A DNA stretch of 63,833 nt, counting the filler, from Pelomyxa schiedti (lineage: Eukaryota; Protista; Evosea): NCBI GenBank assembly GCA_020536535.1. It is 8 parts of 8 records of this genome, joined end to end, with 100 filler letters (N's around TTAATTAATTAA, not from the genome) between each part and the next. Parts side by side here need not be neighbours in the genome. Positions count along the whole stretch, not along the records: positions 1 to 18,496 come from JAHLWZ010000308.1; positions 18,597 to 28,858 come from JAHLWZ010001273.1; 6 more parts are not named here. One strand, written 5' to 3'. Positions 12,801 through 25,199 of the stretch are shown here, in pieces. The notes under the pieces were generated by a model, which did not search any database, was not told the DNA's origin, and was given only the letters and a program-made list of their open reading frames with translations. How positions within the stretch are numbered: position 1 is the first letter of the stretch; each line of letters begins with the position of its first letter. The translations under genes and the position numbers were made by a program.

Positions 12801-14789
12801 TAACCTCAGTTGTTTCAGGAATACAGACACTTGTAAACTACGTCACATCATTCTCCGGGATGGGGACACTGGACCCTGGTTCCTATCAATGCAGGGTATT
12901 TTCCAGTTATGCTCAATTTCTTTGCAACCTTTTTTTTTTTTAGAAGAAGTTGTTCCTTTCACTTGCGACTATCCTGCATGTATGGCGCCGCTGCAATGTA
13001 ACAGGTGGAGAGGTACTGCACTCCCATTTGTTTCTTTAATACCTTAATAATAAAACTTTCCCTCCAGTGGGTTCTTGCACCTCAAATTGGGCGCGTGATG
13101 GGCAATTTGTTTGTGATGGTACAAACCCTTCACAGCATGTGGAATCCTTCTCTTATGGCTTCATTGCCACCACTATTGTACAAGACCCCAGATTCTGTTG
13201 TAAATTCTCTTATGGGTGAGCTGTAACCATGCTCTCTAAGTGTAAGTCTTGACATAAACAAGGTGTAAACGCCAAGAAGCCTTCATCGCCACTCGAAAAC
13301 CTTCTCTTGAACTTAGAACACCTCAGAGAAAATGCGTGGGTATCCCGTTTTTGACTGGTATAGAACTTATTTCTCTTAGGTACATTATTGGCGGAATTGC
13401 GGCTATGAAGCGCCCACAATCGTTCTTTGCAATTCCTGGACTGCCTCAGATGCTTCAAGTGAAACATTCTTTTTTTTTATGCTCGCACTAACGTACACTA
13501 GGGATCTTTTTTGTCTAACCTTGAACATGCCAATCTTCGTCACTTGATGAGATTAATTCGTATACTTCTACAGAAATCTTACTGCAACTAACTGAAAAAG
13601 GGGCATTTATCCAGCCTCTGGTCAACGCTTGTAGGCCTTCAGAATTCAGTTCTATTCTGCAAACCATATTTCCCCAAGTGTTAAGTTCAATTTTGGCCAA
13701 ACTGCGAAATACATGGAGAATTCACATTGCCAATTCACAAACGGATGCAGGCACACCGACTTCTCCATCAAACAGGTCTTTTGTTCTTATCCTTTATCAT
13801 TCTTACATGGATTCCAGCCAAGCTACAATGCAAGAGGAAATAATAGAAGACAAGGTAACTGCCCAAATTCATTCTAGTCCTTCTTACGTATTAAGGCATT
13901 ACGCGATTTAACCCAAGAATATTTCTCATTGCTAAGAAATTTGGTCTCACCCACAGGTGCCAATATCCCTGCACCTTTCCGTATTTTTGCTTATTCGAAT
14001 ATAGAAAAGAAAGACCTCTTCAAAGAGCGTAGTGATTTTGTGCTGAAGTGCCCAGTTAAGCTAGAACCCGTTGTCTTTCTTTATCTCATTATTGTAGGAA
14101 GTTCATACGCACATCATTGCGTCGATTGTAGAGGGACTGGGGTTCCCGGACACTTCTTCACTCTGCACATGTTTACTTTTAGCACAGAAAGTTTACACAC
14201 TTCTTCCCGGTATTCATTTCCTTCCGTATTATTTCAACCTGAGTTTGAAATACAGAAATGCCGGGAGGTGCGGCTATGATGAGCGCACTTCTTGAAGTGA
14301 TCTTCAGATCGGTCAGATCGCCTTCGAACCTGGAGTTTTCCCAAGACCATCTCAAAGAATTAGCAGTAATTGTACAACATATCATCACATGCCTGGGCCC
14401 AACACACCCAGCTGTGGCCGCAATTCCAGAATTCAACCCGGTAATTCCTTCCTTCCGCATTACCAACCACAGACCGCCTTATACGCGCAACACCCAATCA
14501 ATCAAATACCACCTCGGTTGTGCGCAAAGTAACTAAGCACAGGAATTCTGGACCAAGTTAAAAACCGCCCCAAAGACAAACCCCGTTCTAGCTGTAATGA
14601 GGACCCTCCTCCCGGTAATATTACCGCTACTCACAATTCTTTCCGTTAACGGAGCATTCATATGAACAGCAACGCAAGAAGCCACAGCTTCTGAGCTTGC
14701 CACTGCCAGCCTATGTCAAACAATCCTCCACATCACAAACATCATCATCAACACCCGACATCACTGCCCTCTTTGAGTCACCCCCCTAA
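9859..14789 (+). CDS. Importin-beta family karyopherin, exportin-5-like; many short introns
   Basis: IYNCLAQIHDPNTDPQARRSAN, HFGLHLLEQTVK..W, YIKEKAVQLVVEVARREWPTSWPELF (IBN_N/Xpo1 signatures); helical exons continue to ...DITALFESPP* at 14789. Confidence 0.8.
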
Positions 14790-15003
14790 TCCTAAGTCCT
14801 AATCACCCCCAGATGCATACATCCCATTATCCCGAAGAGCACCGGCACACAACCAACCCTCCCGTCACTACCACAACGATTTTGTTCTCTCCAATCAATT
14901 ATAATAAATCAACGCACTTCCAAACGTCCGGTTTTTTATACACAGTGTACACAGATGAAGGCGAACAGTTTTGACTTCGGTTTTTTTTTTTACCATCTAG
15001 AGA

Positions 15004-16108
15004 ATGGACGATGAGGACTAGTAAGTAACGCCCTCGCGTTTTAGTGTTTTAAGGGACAATAGTGATAAAGCGCTCAAGTTGATTATTATTGGAGACGCAA
15101 ATGTTGGCAAAAGTATGTTCTGAACTTTCTTCTTCTTTTCACAGTTTAACGCTTACGATTCAGCTTCATTGGTGGCCAGGTTTACGGTATTTATCGATAT
15201 AGTAATATTGGTACTATTGTTGGGTTTCAATACTTACTTCGCTTTTCAAGGATGACACCTTTTCCATTACACCCAATGCTGTTATTGGTGCTTCTTTTGT
15301 GTGCTTGCCCTCCATTTCCGTTCTCTCATTGAGTTGGTTTTAATGTTACCATTGTAGAAGCAACGAACGATCAGAGTTGAGGCCACTACTCTAAAACTTC
15401 GAGTGGTAAGCAACCTTCATTATTGGAACTCGCCTAATAGCCGGTTATAGTGGGATACAGCTGGTGAAGAGAGGTATAGCCGTTATTTCTCACCTCTTCT
15501 TCATAAAGCAACAGGTTTCGAGCTCTGGCTCCTTCCTGTATATTCCTTTTCCTTTGGCAACAAATAAACAGGTGAATTTAGATTTGAGGAACTCAGACGG
15601 AGTCATTATTGTGTTGTATGTAAGAAAAGCTACCACTTACCACTTGTTTAACCGGTTGTCAGTGACATTACTACGAAATCCAGTTTTGAAAGTATCCGGG
15701 CCTGGATAGAGGAGTGCCAACGGGAGACACCAGGGGCCCAGCTAATACTGATTGGAAACAAAGTACCCTCAAACATTCAATATTTTATTCACACATTTCT
15801 GCAGTGCGACCGTGAAGAGAACCGAGTTGTTGCAGCAGATACCGCAAACAAGTTGGCTGATGAGTTCCACATATCTTTCATGTATCAGACCAAGCCCCTA
15901 GTTCGCTTTACTTTAATTGACTTAATTATATTTGGCTTCTCAAAACACATCACCACCACAACAACGCAGGGAGTGCTCAGCCAAGGAATCAACCAACGTG
16001 GATGCAGCCTTCATGAGGCTTGTAACGGAAATCATTCACCCACGCTCGCCATCACCCCCTGTCTCTGCTGAACCTGCCCCTCCTCAATCCAACTCCCATT
16101 GTTTCTGA
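15004..16108 (+). CDS. Rab-family small GTPase (divergent), multi-exon
   Basis: Spliced: LKLIIIGDANVGKTS (G1), NAVIGASF (G2), WDTAGEERFRALAPSYLR (G3), LIGNKCD (G4), ECSAK (G5); ends SHCF*. Confidence 0.92.
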
Positions 16109-16410
16109 AGTGAAGAAGCACACTCACCCCACGATCTGCCTGCAACAATCAAAAAAAAAGATTTTTTTGTTACTGCCGTATGACAATGTGGAAATATTTC
16201 CACCTTGTAAAAATGAGCTTCCTGCCGTGCCTGTTCAGTCGTACTGAGCCCCTCTCCTGCCAGATATTGAGCTTGTTGAATGAGAAGTCAGAAAGGCTTA
16301 TGCTGTTAGGGGTGCGGCTCCATTCGACCGAATCGGCACAGCCACTGAAGCTGCATGCATGATCCCCAGGATGTTGCTAAAATCCAAAAATCCATTTTCA
16401 GTCCCGCCAT

Positions 16411-17447
16411 TATGGGCTCAGTACCTAAGTTCCGGCTTCTTTCATCAACCTACCTTTCATTCAAAGTACGATCTAGCGTGATGACTACGGAGGGGCACGG
16501 CCACGTCGGCAGCAGCAGTCCCACCGAAGTCACCGCGGCAACCTTCCACCACCACAACCACACCGTCGACAACCCGCCACGCGACGCGCCACAGCCACAA
16601 CCAGCACCAACCCACGAGCTGCGGCCCGCCGCCAGCGCCTCCTTAGACGACCGGGCTAGCACCGCCACCACAAACACAACCGAGTGCGATGCCGAGACGC
16701 ACAGCGACAGGGGCCCCACCACCACCACTACAACCAACAGCAGCAGCGGCAGCGGGCGCATCGTGCCCGACGGGAACACCGTCGCCACCACCACGGCCAG
16801 CAGCAACAGCGACCAGCCGCCGGAGCGGGAACGGGAAGAGCAGCAGCAGAAGCAACACCAGCAGTGGCAGCAGCCAGCATCGCGGCGCGGGGGGGGCGGC
16901 ATCCACCACGGCCAGCCCACGACGGCCGCACAGGGCCACACTGGGGGGGCAGCAGAGGGAGGAGGGGCGATGCTGGCGTGGACCGAGCTGCTGATGCAGG
17001 ACCGACAGAGGGAGATATACCGCCACGACGCCACCGCCACCGCCACCGGCACTGGTACTGGCACCGGCACCGGCACGGGCACCGGCACGGGCACGGCCGG
17101 GAACGGGGGCGCCCTTGGCGGCAGTGCCATGGTAGGAGGAGCTGATGCGGAACCACCACGACGGGCCACGATGTTGGCAACATCGACGATTAGTGGCTGC
17201 GGCTGTGGCTGCGGCTGTGGTTGCGAGTGCGAGTGCGAGTGCGAGTGTGGCTGCGTGGGCGGCGGCGGGGGTTGGGCGGCAAATGGCACTAGTAGTTGTA
17301 GTTGTAGTAGTAGTTGTACTAGTATTAATAGAATCCAGGCAGATAGAGGAGGTGTATCATTATTATTACCACCATCATCGCAACAACAACAGCACCAGCA
17401 GCACGACCATCGCACAACTTCCGGGCAGTATTTCGCTCATCCTGTAA
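16411..17447 (+). CDS. Low-complexity N-terminal region of an unknown protein, truncated by a gap
   Basis: GC-rich open frame with poly-T/Q/G, (TG)n and (CG/CE)n tracts; no recognisable domain; start uncertain. Confidence 0.5.
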
Positions 17448-17547
17448 NNNNNNNNNNNNNNNNNNNNNNNNNNNNNNNNNNNNNNNNNNNNNNNNNNNNN
17501 NNNNNNNNNNNNNNNNNNNNNNNNNNNNNNNNNNNNNNNNNNNNNNN

Positions 17548-18496
17548 ACTCTTTCGTACAACATACTTACTGCGCAAATAGATTCGGTCTCTTGTAAAGT
17601 TACTTAGTAAAAAAACCTTCAAGTGGTCCAGTCCCACAGACAAGGACGGCATTTTTTACTGGATTGGACGTGAGAAAGGTTCTACCACCTACTCTGACCC
17701 AACAACAACCAGACCGAACTTGGTAAACACCCATCAAGTATCACGTACAATACACTCATAGTCAACAGGTTAAGGTTGACCAGTCACCTGGGGCGAGGCA
17801 AACTCTTCTACACCCAGAACACGGTTCTGGTGATGTGTCCTGCACTGATGCAAGGAACAAATACTTCACGGCTATCTTCGCAAACAAGTGGCTCCTGTGC
17901 CCCAACTACTACTCCTTGTCCTACGGCAACAATGGTTGCCACAGGCCATCAAACTGGACTCTCTCAGCCTCCATTGATGGTCAGAATTGGGAAGTGATCT
18001 CCAACCACACCAATGACACTGCACTCCATTCACAAAACAGAGCCTCATGGCCAATCAAAACAACTCACGAGTTCAATCAGTTCAGAGTCACGTGAAACCA
18101 AATCAAGAACAGAAACAAAAGAATAAAATCAAAAATAATACGGTCTTGAATCACCCCCCCCGTACTGCGGTGCGTGTTATTTCTCTTCATTTTCATTGGC
18201 CCCTGTTACCCACAAGTTCTCTGTTTAGTTTGGATTTAGTTGTGCTTTTTTTTTTTGTTTTGGGTGTCGTTGCCTTATGACTTATCAACCACGAATACCC
18301 AATAGACCAAACTCGTTTCTTTGCTTTTTTGCCCTCTGTGTTGCTATATATCAACGTCAATGGACGGGAACGTGTTCACACAGATATACAACTGCTTGGC
18401 TCAGATACATGACCCCAACACCGACCCCCAGGCCAGGAGGAGTGCAAATTCTGTATGCAATTTGTGTGTTTGTTCTCGTTGCCGTGATTGTGTGAT
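17548..18496 (+). repeat. Second copy (probable alternative haplotype) of about 8861-9996: BTB 3' exons plus exportin exon 1
   Basis: Near-identical sequence bounded by gaps; this copy stops early (FNQFRVT*) and lacks roughly 200 bp. Confidence 0.85.
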
Positions 18497-18540
18497 NNNN
18501 NNNNNNNNNNNNNNNNNNNNNNNNNNNNNNNNNNNNNNNN

Positions 18541-18552
18541 TTAATTAATTAA
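18541..18552. other. Artificial contig linker TTAATTAATTAA inside N runs (also 28903, 49286, 51025, 53301, 61147, 62360)
   Basis: Identical 12-mer with stops in all six frames, centred in ~100-nt N blocks. Confidence 0.95.
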
Positions 18553-18596
18553 NNNNNNNNNNNNNNNNNNNNNNNNNNNNNNNNNNNNNNNNNNNN

Positions 18597-20156
18597 GTCC
18601 AAGGAAGTTATTATAGCTGTCTGTTCTGCTGTAGATGCGTGGCATACAGATTCGTAAAAAAATTCGGTACCAGTGATTTGTTTGCGAGAAAGAACTTGAA
18701 CTACGTCCCATTTGGACGGTGCATCCCTGTAACTGGTGCTTAGCAATGCCAAATATGAAATTTTTAGGGTAGAAATTCGCACTCATTAATTGCTTCAAAT
18801 CTGAATCTTACATGAGAAAGAAGAGGACCAGAGGGTGGCATGCCATTGTAGTGAAAACATCTGTAGTCTACACCCTGATGCAGCTGCTTTAGGGATACAA
18901 AGAGAAAACGAGATGAAAACCCGTTTTATGCATGATCCCTCTAAATCCCTGAGTAGAGTTGCATCGGTGCAAAAAAAGCACGTTATGTGTGCAACACCGT
19001 GAATAACCCAAACGGGATACTTTGGATGCCGGAAGTGTGGGTGTAGAGAAGATTGTGGAGTAAGTCTATCTTGCAGTAAATCCAAATCCAACTGTCCAAT
19101 GCAAGGTCTCTCCCGCGGTGCCCTGGAAAGAGCTGGCAGTGCCTCTCCGCATGTTATAAGACTCGTCATAGGCTAGAGGTAAATTGACATGGGAAGTCCT
19201 TCTTTGGTTGTTGGCAAACCGGGGAGGTGGCCATCATTTCGGTAATGGTATCTCTTTGTGTCCAAACAAGTGAGTAAAGATAGAATACTACCCCAGCAGG
19301 ACCCTGGAAAATTGGGAGTAGTTCTAGTATACCAGACAAAGTGAGGAAGTAAAAGATTAGTTTTCCTATTACCGATTATGGTAGAATACAATAATTGCTC
19401 ATTTTCAACTGGGACCCTGCGGACCACTAAATCATCCTCCCTAGGGCTGCGGGGAATTGGTGCACCTGGCCGTGGAATGACCAGTGCCACACTCGTTGCG
19501 CCTCCGTCTTTAGCACACCGTGCCACTTGAAGAAGTGATGCAAAGATAGCCGAAGTGAGATATAACTGGGATCTACTAAGGCGGGCGGAAGAGCAACAAC
19601 CTCTGTGCTTTGGTGAGACCATATAATACATGTGTTGGTTGGATCATCCTAAATAAACTCACGCAGATAAGTCAGGCAGATTCAAAAATCCCAGTTTGAA
19701 TAAGGCGATCCAGGCTTGGACGGAACCCAAAACACCACAGGCTCCGTTTCTTACCTGCTTCAGGCAACAACTTGACCCATCAGCATCAATTATGAGAGAC
19801 TCATGAGTCGGCGGCGAAGCAGTAGCAGCAATGGAAGTAGAATTCTGCGTTGAACACGTTGACGGCGGGATAGCGTTTTCGGGAAACGTCGTGGAGTCCG
19901 ACTCAGGCGCGAAGCAGAATCCCTCGTTGTACCACGGCTCGAAATATTTGGTGTGGGGTGAGGCCAATTTCTTCTGGGGCCACAACGCCCAATGCGTGAA
20001 CTTGGACACCCCCTCTTCTTGCATTCCCAACCTACAACCTACACAGGAATGTAATTGGAATTTTACAATCGAATCTGTTGGGACCCTGAGGGAGATCCAG
20101 GGCCAACCGATTCTAGTGCCTTCAAAGGCCGGAACAACACCATTGTAGTTACTCAA
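18597..20156 (-). CDS. Hypothetical multi-exon protein, 3' truncated by a gap
   Basis: Successive minus-strand ORFs (19659-20156, 19173-19631, 18795-19169) separated by intron-like segments; no family recognised. Confidence 0.45.
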
Positions 20157-20846
20157 ACTAAAACAGAATGAACTCAGTGAGGAGTGATGGGCGAAGGATT
20201 AAGGGAATCTTGGAGTGATGATTGGGCGCCACCAAGTTGGCCATTCCCGGGAACCAGCGAGTTCAAGTCACAGACACCAGCCAACAACGTCCCTCACCCA
20301 GACCACATATCTTACACTCTGTGCACTACACAAGTGAAGCAGCAACCATCACCCCTTTTTCTTTGCCCCAGTGTGCAAGTTTTCGGGGTCACCAACTTCC
20401 AAACCACAAGAACAAAGGTCCATTTAAACTATTTATTTAAGTGGTCTTTAACCTTCAGTACTCTCTTTCACTCTGAAACCATCTTACACTCTGAAACCAT
20501 CACTTCCTTGGCTATGTTTGAGTGACAAGAGTTCTTTGGCCAGTGAGATGCACATGTGTTGATGGCAGTCTTGCTTTATAACCTTGAGACTTCAGCCATG
20601 TGTGACATGATGACAAGAGATTCAACATCACATTTGTGAAACAATGTGGAGGATCATACACAAGTCATTGTAAAACTGGCTTGACCAGCTGAATAAAATA
20701 ATCAACAGACCGGAATGATGTTGTTTTCATGTCATTGCCAGTCTCGGTGGTCTGGTGTTTTTTTATTTCAGCCAAAAATTGTTTCGGTCACCCAATGTGG
20801 ATGGTGCTTTTCTCTGGTGTGAAAAACCGAGTTTTATTACCATTTG

Positions 20847-22438
20847 TCAGTTATGTTGGCATAAAGCACATAGGCCTACAAATACACCCACTGTCATCAC
20901 AACACTAAAACAAATACCTAACTTCCTGGCCAGTTTCTTGTCAGAAGTGTCGGTATCAACCCCAACAGTAAGTTCAGCAGTGCCTGAGCTTTGCAGGCTG
21001 TCACGAAGCTGGTACTTGTTACCAAAGGAAACAGTTTCCTTCTTGAATCCCCAATTGACCTGGCATGTGGCCACGAGCTGGACAACATCCCCATCTGGGT
21101 TTGTGAACATCACATAGGGATCAAGGTACACGCTGTTTCTCTGTTACAAAAAAAGGGGGGCAACCCATCAGACTGAAATACCTGAACTTGTTCTCCACAG
21201 GAGACACAACAAGAGATTCTGGGAAAAAAATGTCAACGTTCTGGATGTCATCATATGACCATATCAAATTACCAGCCCAGTCATAGATGAACATGTCGGT
21301 GATGCAAGAGCAGTTGGACCCAGGAGTCCCACCAGTGGTGGTGATATTCTCCTCGATCGTGATTCCTTAAGGCAGGTAATGGTACAAAAAAAAAAAATGC
21401 ATACTTGTTCCTGGTCTAAAGGATGCATCAAATTCACCCTCCTCGTTGTATGTTCTCATTGTGAGCCATGCTTCAGCCTCACGGGCTGTCGTCTCACAAT
21501 TGGGAATGCCAATGGTGATTATTGCATTGAAGAATGGGAACTCGTCGAGCGTATCTGCGTTGCAAGTGGAATAGTAGTCGAGGCAAGCAACAAGGAACTG
21601 AATCGTGAAATTGCCATAGACCCTGCAGTTGGATTTGGGATACATTGTCACAGTCCCAGTCGCGGTAGAAATTTCGTGAAGCTCAGCTTCGATCTCCGTA
21701 GTTAGAACAACAGCGTCATTGACGTAGCTTGTTGGCCAAGATAGTGGCTTGGGGTTTATGCCAGTGATTTGATAGGGGGCGTACACTGCGGAATTGACGT
21801 CACAATAGTCTGTGTCGTACGTCGCCCAACAATAGGCACCCACGGATCTGAGGTAGTCTCCTGGGTCATAAACATAAATGCTTGTAGTGGTAGGAAGCAG
21901 CAACACCTGGAGAAGAGTGGTAAAAACAGTGAAGTTCAGCATGGAAATTACATATACGTTTGTGAGAGGAAAGTAACTGACAACATACATCATTGAAGAC
22001 CCCATTGAGCACGGCGGCGTTTATGGTACCGTCAATATTGGTACCAGAATACATTGCGTCAGTAAGCTCCTTCACCACAGTGTTGAGCTGGTACCCACTT
22101 TGGAATGCGCAGTGTGTGCTGTACTCGTCGGAATCGAAGTCCTTTGTGACTGTCCTGACGCACCCGTTTGTGCCACTCGTTGTCAGGTTCCACCCATTGT
22201 GGTTGGATGACCAGTAGTTGCACATCGTGTTGTCCAAGGCACCAGTGAACTCGAGTGAGCCCAGGGAGTGGTCGCGCACAGTGACAGTGACGATGCTGTC
22301 GTCGTGGGGGGCGGGGTACACCACCGTCATGTACCGGTTGCCGTCGACAACACTCCACGACATGTAGTCGTCGTATGTGCAGTCTGTAGTGTTTGTGGTG
22401 GCCGAGGCCACCACGCACAACACCACCACCCACTTCAT
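20847..22438 (-). CDS. Type-I membrane/surface protein (signal peptide, Cys-containing beta-rich ectodomain, C-terminal TM); family copy 1
   Basis: MKWVVVLCVVASA signal; exons homologous to 22510-25150; SPVENKFR-NSVYLDP...QLVATCQVNWG; TM LGICFSVVMTVGVFVGL; exact 3' end uncertain. Confidence 0.75.
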
Positions 22439-22509
22439 ATGATCCAAGTTTGGCCAAACAAAACGTTTTTTATTTTCATTTCATTTTGTGAGTATTAATT
22501 ACAGTGCAA

Positions 22510-25150
22510 TCAAAGTGGGAAATCGATGGCGAAGACTGGTGTTTTCGCACGTGCCTGTCTTTTACCCTTTGCATACTTAATTAACACAACCAGAACCACA
22601 ATTGAGGCAGCCACAATCAGTACACCAACCACCCCCACAGAAACTCCAATCACCAATGCATTGTCCTGGCCGTCATGAATGCTGCTGCTATCATCCACAG
22701 ACCCAACTGCAACCATGGCAACACCATGGACAGACTGTGACTGGCCCATTCCCCAGTTTATGACACAGGTGGCATTGATTTGAACCACCTCTCCATGTGT
22801 TTTATCAGCAAAGATGCTTGGGTCAAGGTAAACACTGTTGCAGTTATAACTGTAAGTACAAAAATAGATGCTGGTGATACACACAGACCTGAATTTGTTC
22901 TCAAGTGGTGACAGAAGGAGAGAGGTTGTATGAAAAAGATGCGCCTCTGTTTGGACGTTGTAATGCCCAATAAGATTGCCGGACGAGTTATACAAGGATA
23001 ACACAGTTGTGCAGTCGCAAACATTCTCGGGAACGGTCCCATAAGTGGTAATGTTTTCATCAATTATGAGGGCTATTGGGAAAACTTAAAAAGGAAAAAG
23101 AAGGAGTAGGAAAAGAACACACTCGCCCCTGGTCGAAAAGACATTTTGAACTTTTCATCCTCATCATAAGGTCTAATGCTGAGAGCAGTGTTCCACTCCC
23201 AATTCTTGCACTCCGGGACAGCAATGACACAGCCTGCTGAGAAGGATTGAAAATCCTGAAGAACGTCATCATCACAGGTGGGGTCCTCAGTGAGGCATTC
23301 AACAAACAACTCAAAGACAAATTCGCCTGAGATTTCGCAGTTTTCTTCTGGGTAGATCATAACTAGAAGCATTACCCTTGACACAGAGTGAGGAGTGCTT
23401 GTAATTGATGTAACTTTTACAACAGCACCCAGAGTATTATTTGGCACAGCAACTGGAATGGGATTGACTGATGTGACGCAGTATGGTGCACTTATCATGG
23501 CGACAAAATTGGAATAGTCATTTTCACCCATGGTTCCAATAGCCCCACTCACACTCACACTATATTCAGGTGGTTGATAGAGAGTTATTTCAATTTTCTC
23601 ACTCTCTGTAGAAGATGGAAGTAGCATTTCCTAGTCATATTTGAGAGTGTGAGGAAACGAGAAAGGAATTCAGAAATGAAAAGAACACACATTGTAGAAG
23701 AAGGAATTAACTGTCACTGTGAGGATTGTACCAAACATTGCACCAGAATACAGTGGGACGGTGTGCTCTTCCATTGTTGTGTGCATCTCATAGTCTCCAT
23801 TTGTAGTGCGGACAATTTCCGCACAATTTGTGATGAAAAAGTCCGCAGCAAAGTCCCTTGTCACAGTCAGTGCACAGTCATTTGTCTCGGATGAAGTTAC
23901 AACCCAACCATTGTGGCTGTCAGTAGAGTACTCACACATTTTGCCGTTCTGCCCCTCAGGAAACGCTAGGGAGCCCAGCCCATAGCCCTCAACAGTGACG
24001 GTGATCATGCTGTTGTGTGGGTATATGGTAACATGATGGTTGTTGTTGCCGTATTCTTCATATGTGCAGTTGGCAGTGGTGGCAGCAAAACAAGGCTGAG
24101 GGTTAGTTTCAAGTGAATTCTTCTGTGTGCCAGAAATAGCTGTCAGGTCCTTTCCCCAGTTGATGCCACACCTAGTACTGATTTGCACTAACTCCCCATT
24201 TAGAGCCGGAAATGCACTTGGGTCCAAATAAATACTGTCCATTTGTTAAAGACATACATAGAGAAAACTCGAGAACGAACCTGAATTTGTTCTCAAGTGG
24301 GGAAACAAGAAGTGGTGTTAAGTTGAAAAGTTCATCAGTGTCGAGGCTGTAGTTCCCGATTAGAGTGCCAGACCATGCATAGACAAACATCTCAGTGTTG
24401 CAGGTACAATTACTTGCTGGAGTGCCTCCATTGGTGCTTATAACATCTTCCACAATTACAGCTTTTGTTTTGTTTGGTTCTTTAAGTTTTGGTACCAACT
24501 ACACACTTTGGCCTGCCTGAAAAGATGTGTCGAAACTTCCATCTGCATCATATGTCCGTGCTATGAGAAGAGATTCAATCTCTTCTGTTTTTGTAGTCTC
24601 GTGATAAAAATAGAGATCCACATAGCCAAGGAAGGAGGGGAAGTGGTTTTGTATATAATCCTCACAGTTAGGGTCAGGTTGGATGCACCCAACAAAAAAT
24701 TCAATTCCGTATGTGCCTGATAAATTGCCGGAGCAGGAGGATTCTGGAGATATGATGATCAAGGAAGTTGTCCATGCAAGAGAAGAGTTTGAGTCGATAT
24801 TAATGCTTGTTACCAGCCCAACAGCAGAATTCACACAGTCAGTTGGAATTGAAACCAGAACAGGGTTAATTGAGGGGATATAAAATGGCTCCTTCATGGC
24901 AGCTATTATTCCTGCGAAGTAACCCTCATTCAGGGATCCAGCCGAACCACTGACTGCGATACTGTACTCTGGTGAAAATACAGCATAAGCACAGTGGAGA
25001 AGAACAGTCTAAAATCGTGAATAAACCACGCGAGGTTGTTTTGATTTTGGGCCATACAGTGGACACGAGCACCCACTTCGACAGGACAACACCTTGTCTC
25101 TTAAAAAAGGCAGTTGGGTCAATCATCTGGCCCCACGAGAGGGCCATCGA
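22510..25150 (-). CDS. Type-I surface protein of the same family, with about 1.6 tandem ectodomain units
   Basis: PEYS...INP...FFVGC...RTYD...SF and SPLENKFR-S(I/V)YLDPS...C.INWG each occur twice; TM LVIGVSVGVVGVLIVAASIVVLVVLI followed by KYAKGKR...IDFPL*; start uncertain. Confidence 0.7.
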
Positions 25151-25199
25151 TGCGAACGATTTTTGTGATGGGAATCTACAACGGCAAACAAGTTTTTTA

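Noticed and set aside
16450-17415. Many overlapping long ORFs in GC-rich regions (also 45639-46493, 49600-50349, 52700-53308, 62735-63611)
   Set aside because: Shadow frames of GC-rich low-complexity coding sequence
18497-18596. Recurrent TTAATTAATTAA palindromes as a biological repeat or CRISPR-like array
   Set aside because: Always centred in N blocks and gives six-frame stops; a scaffolding linker
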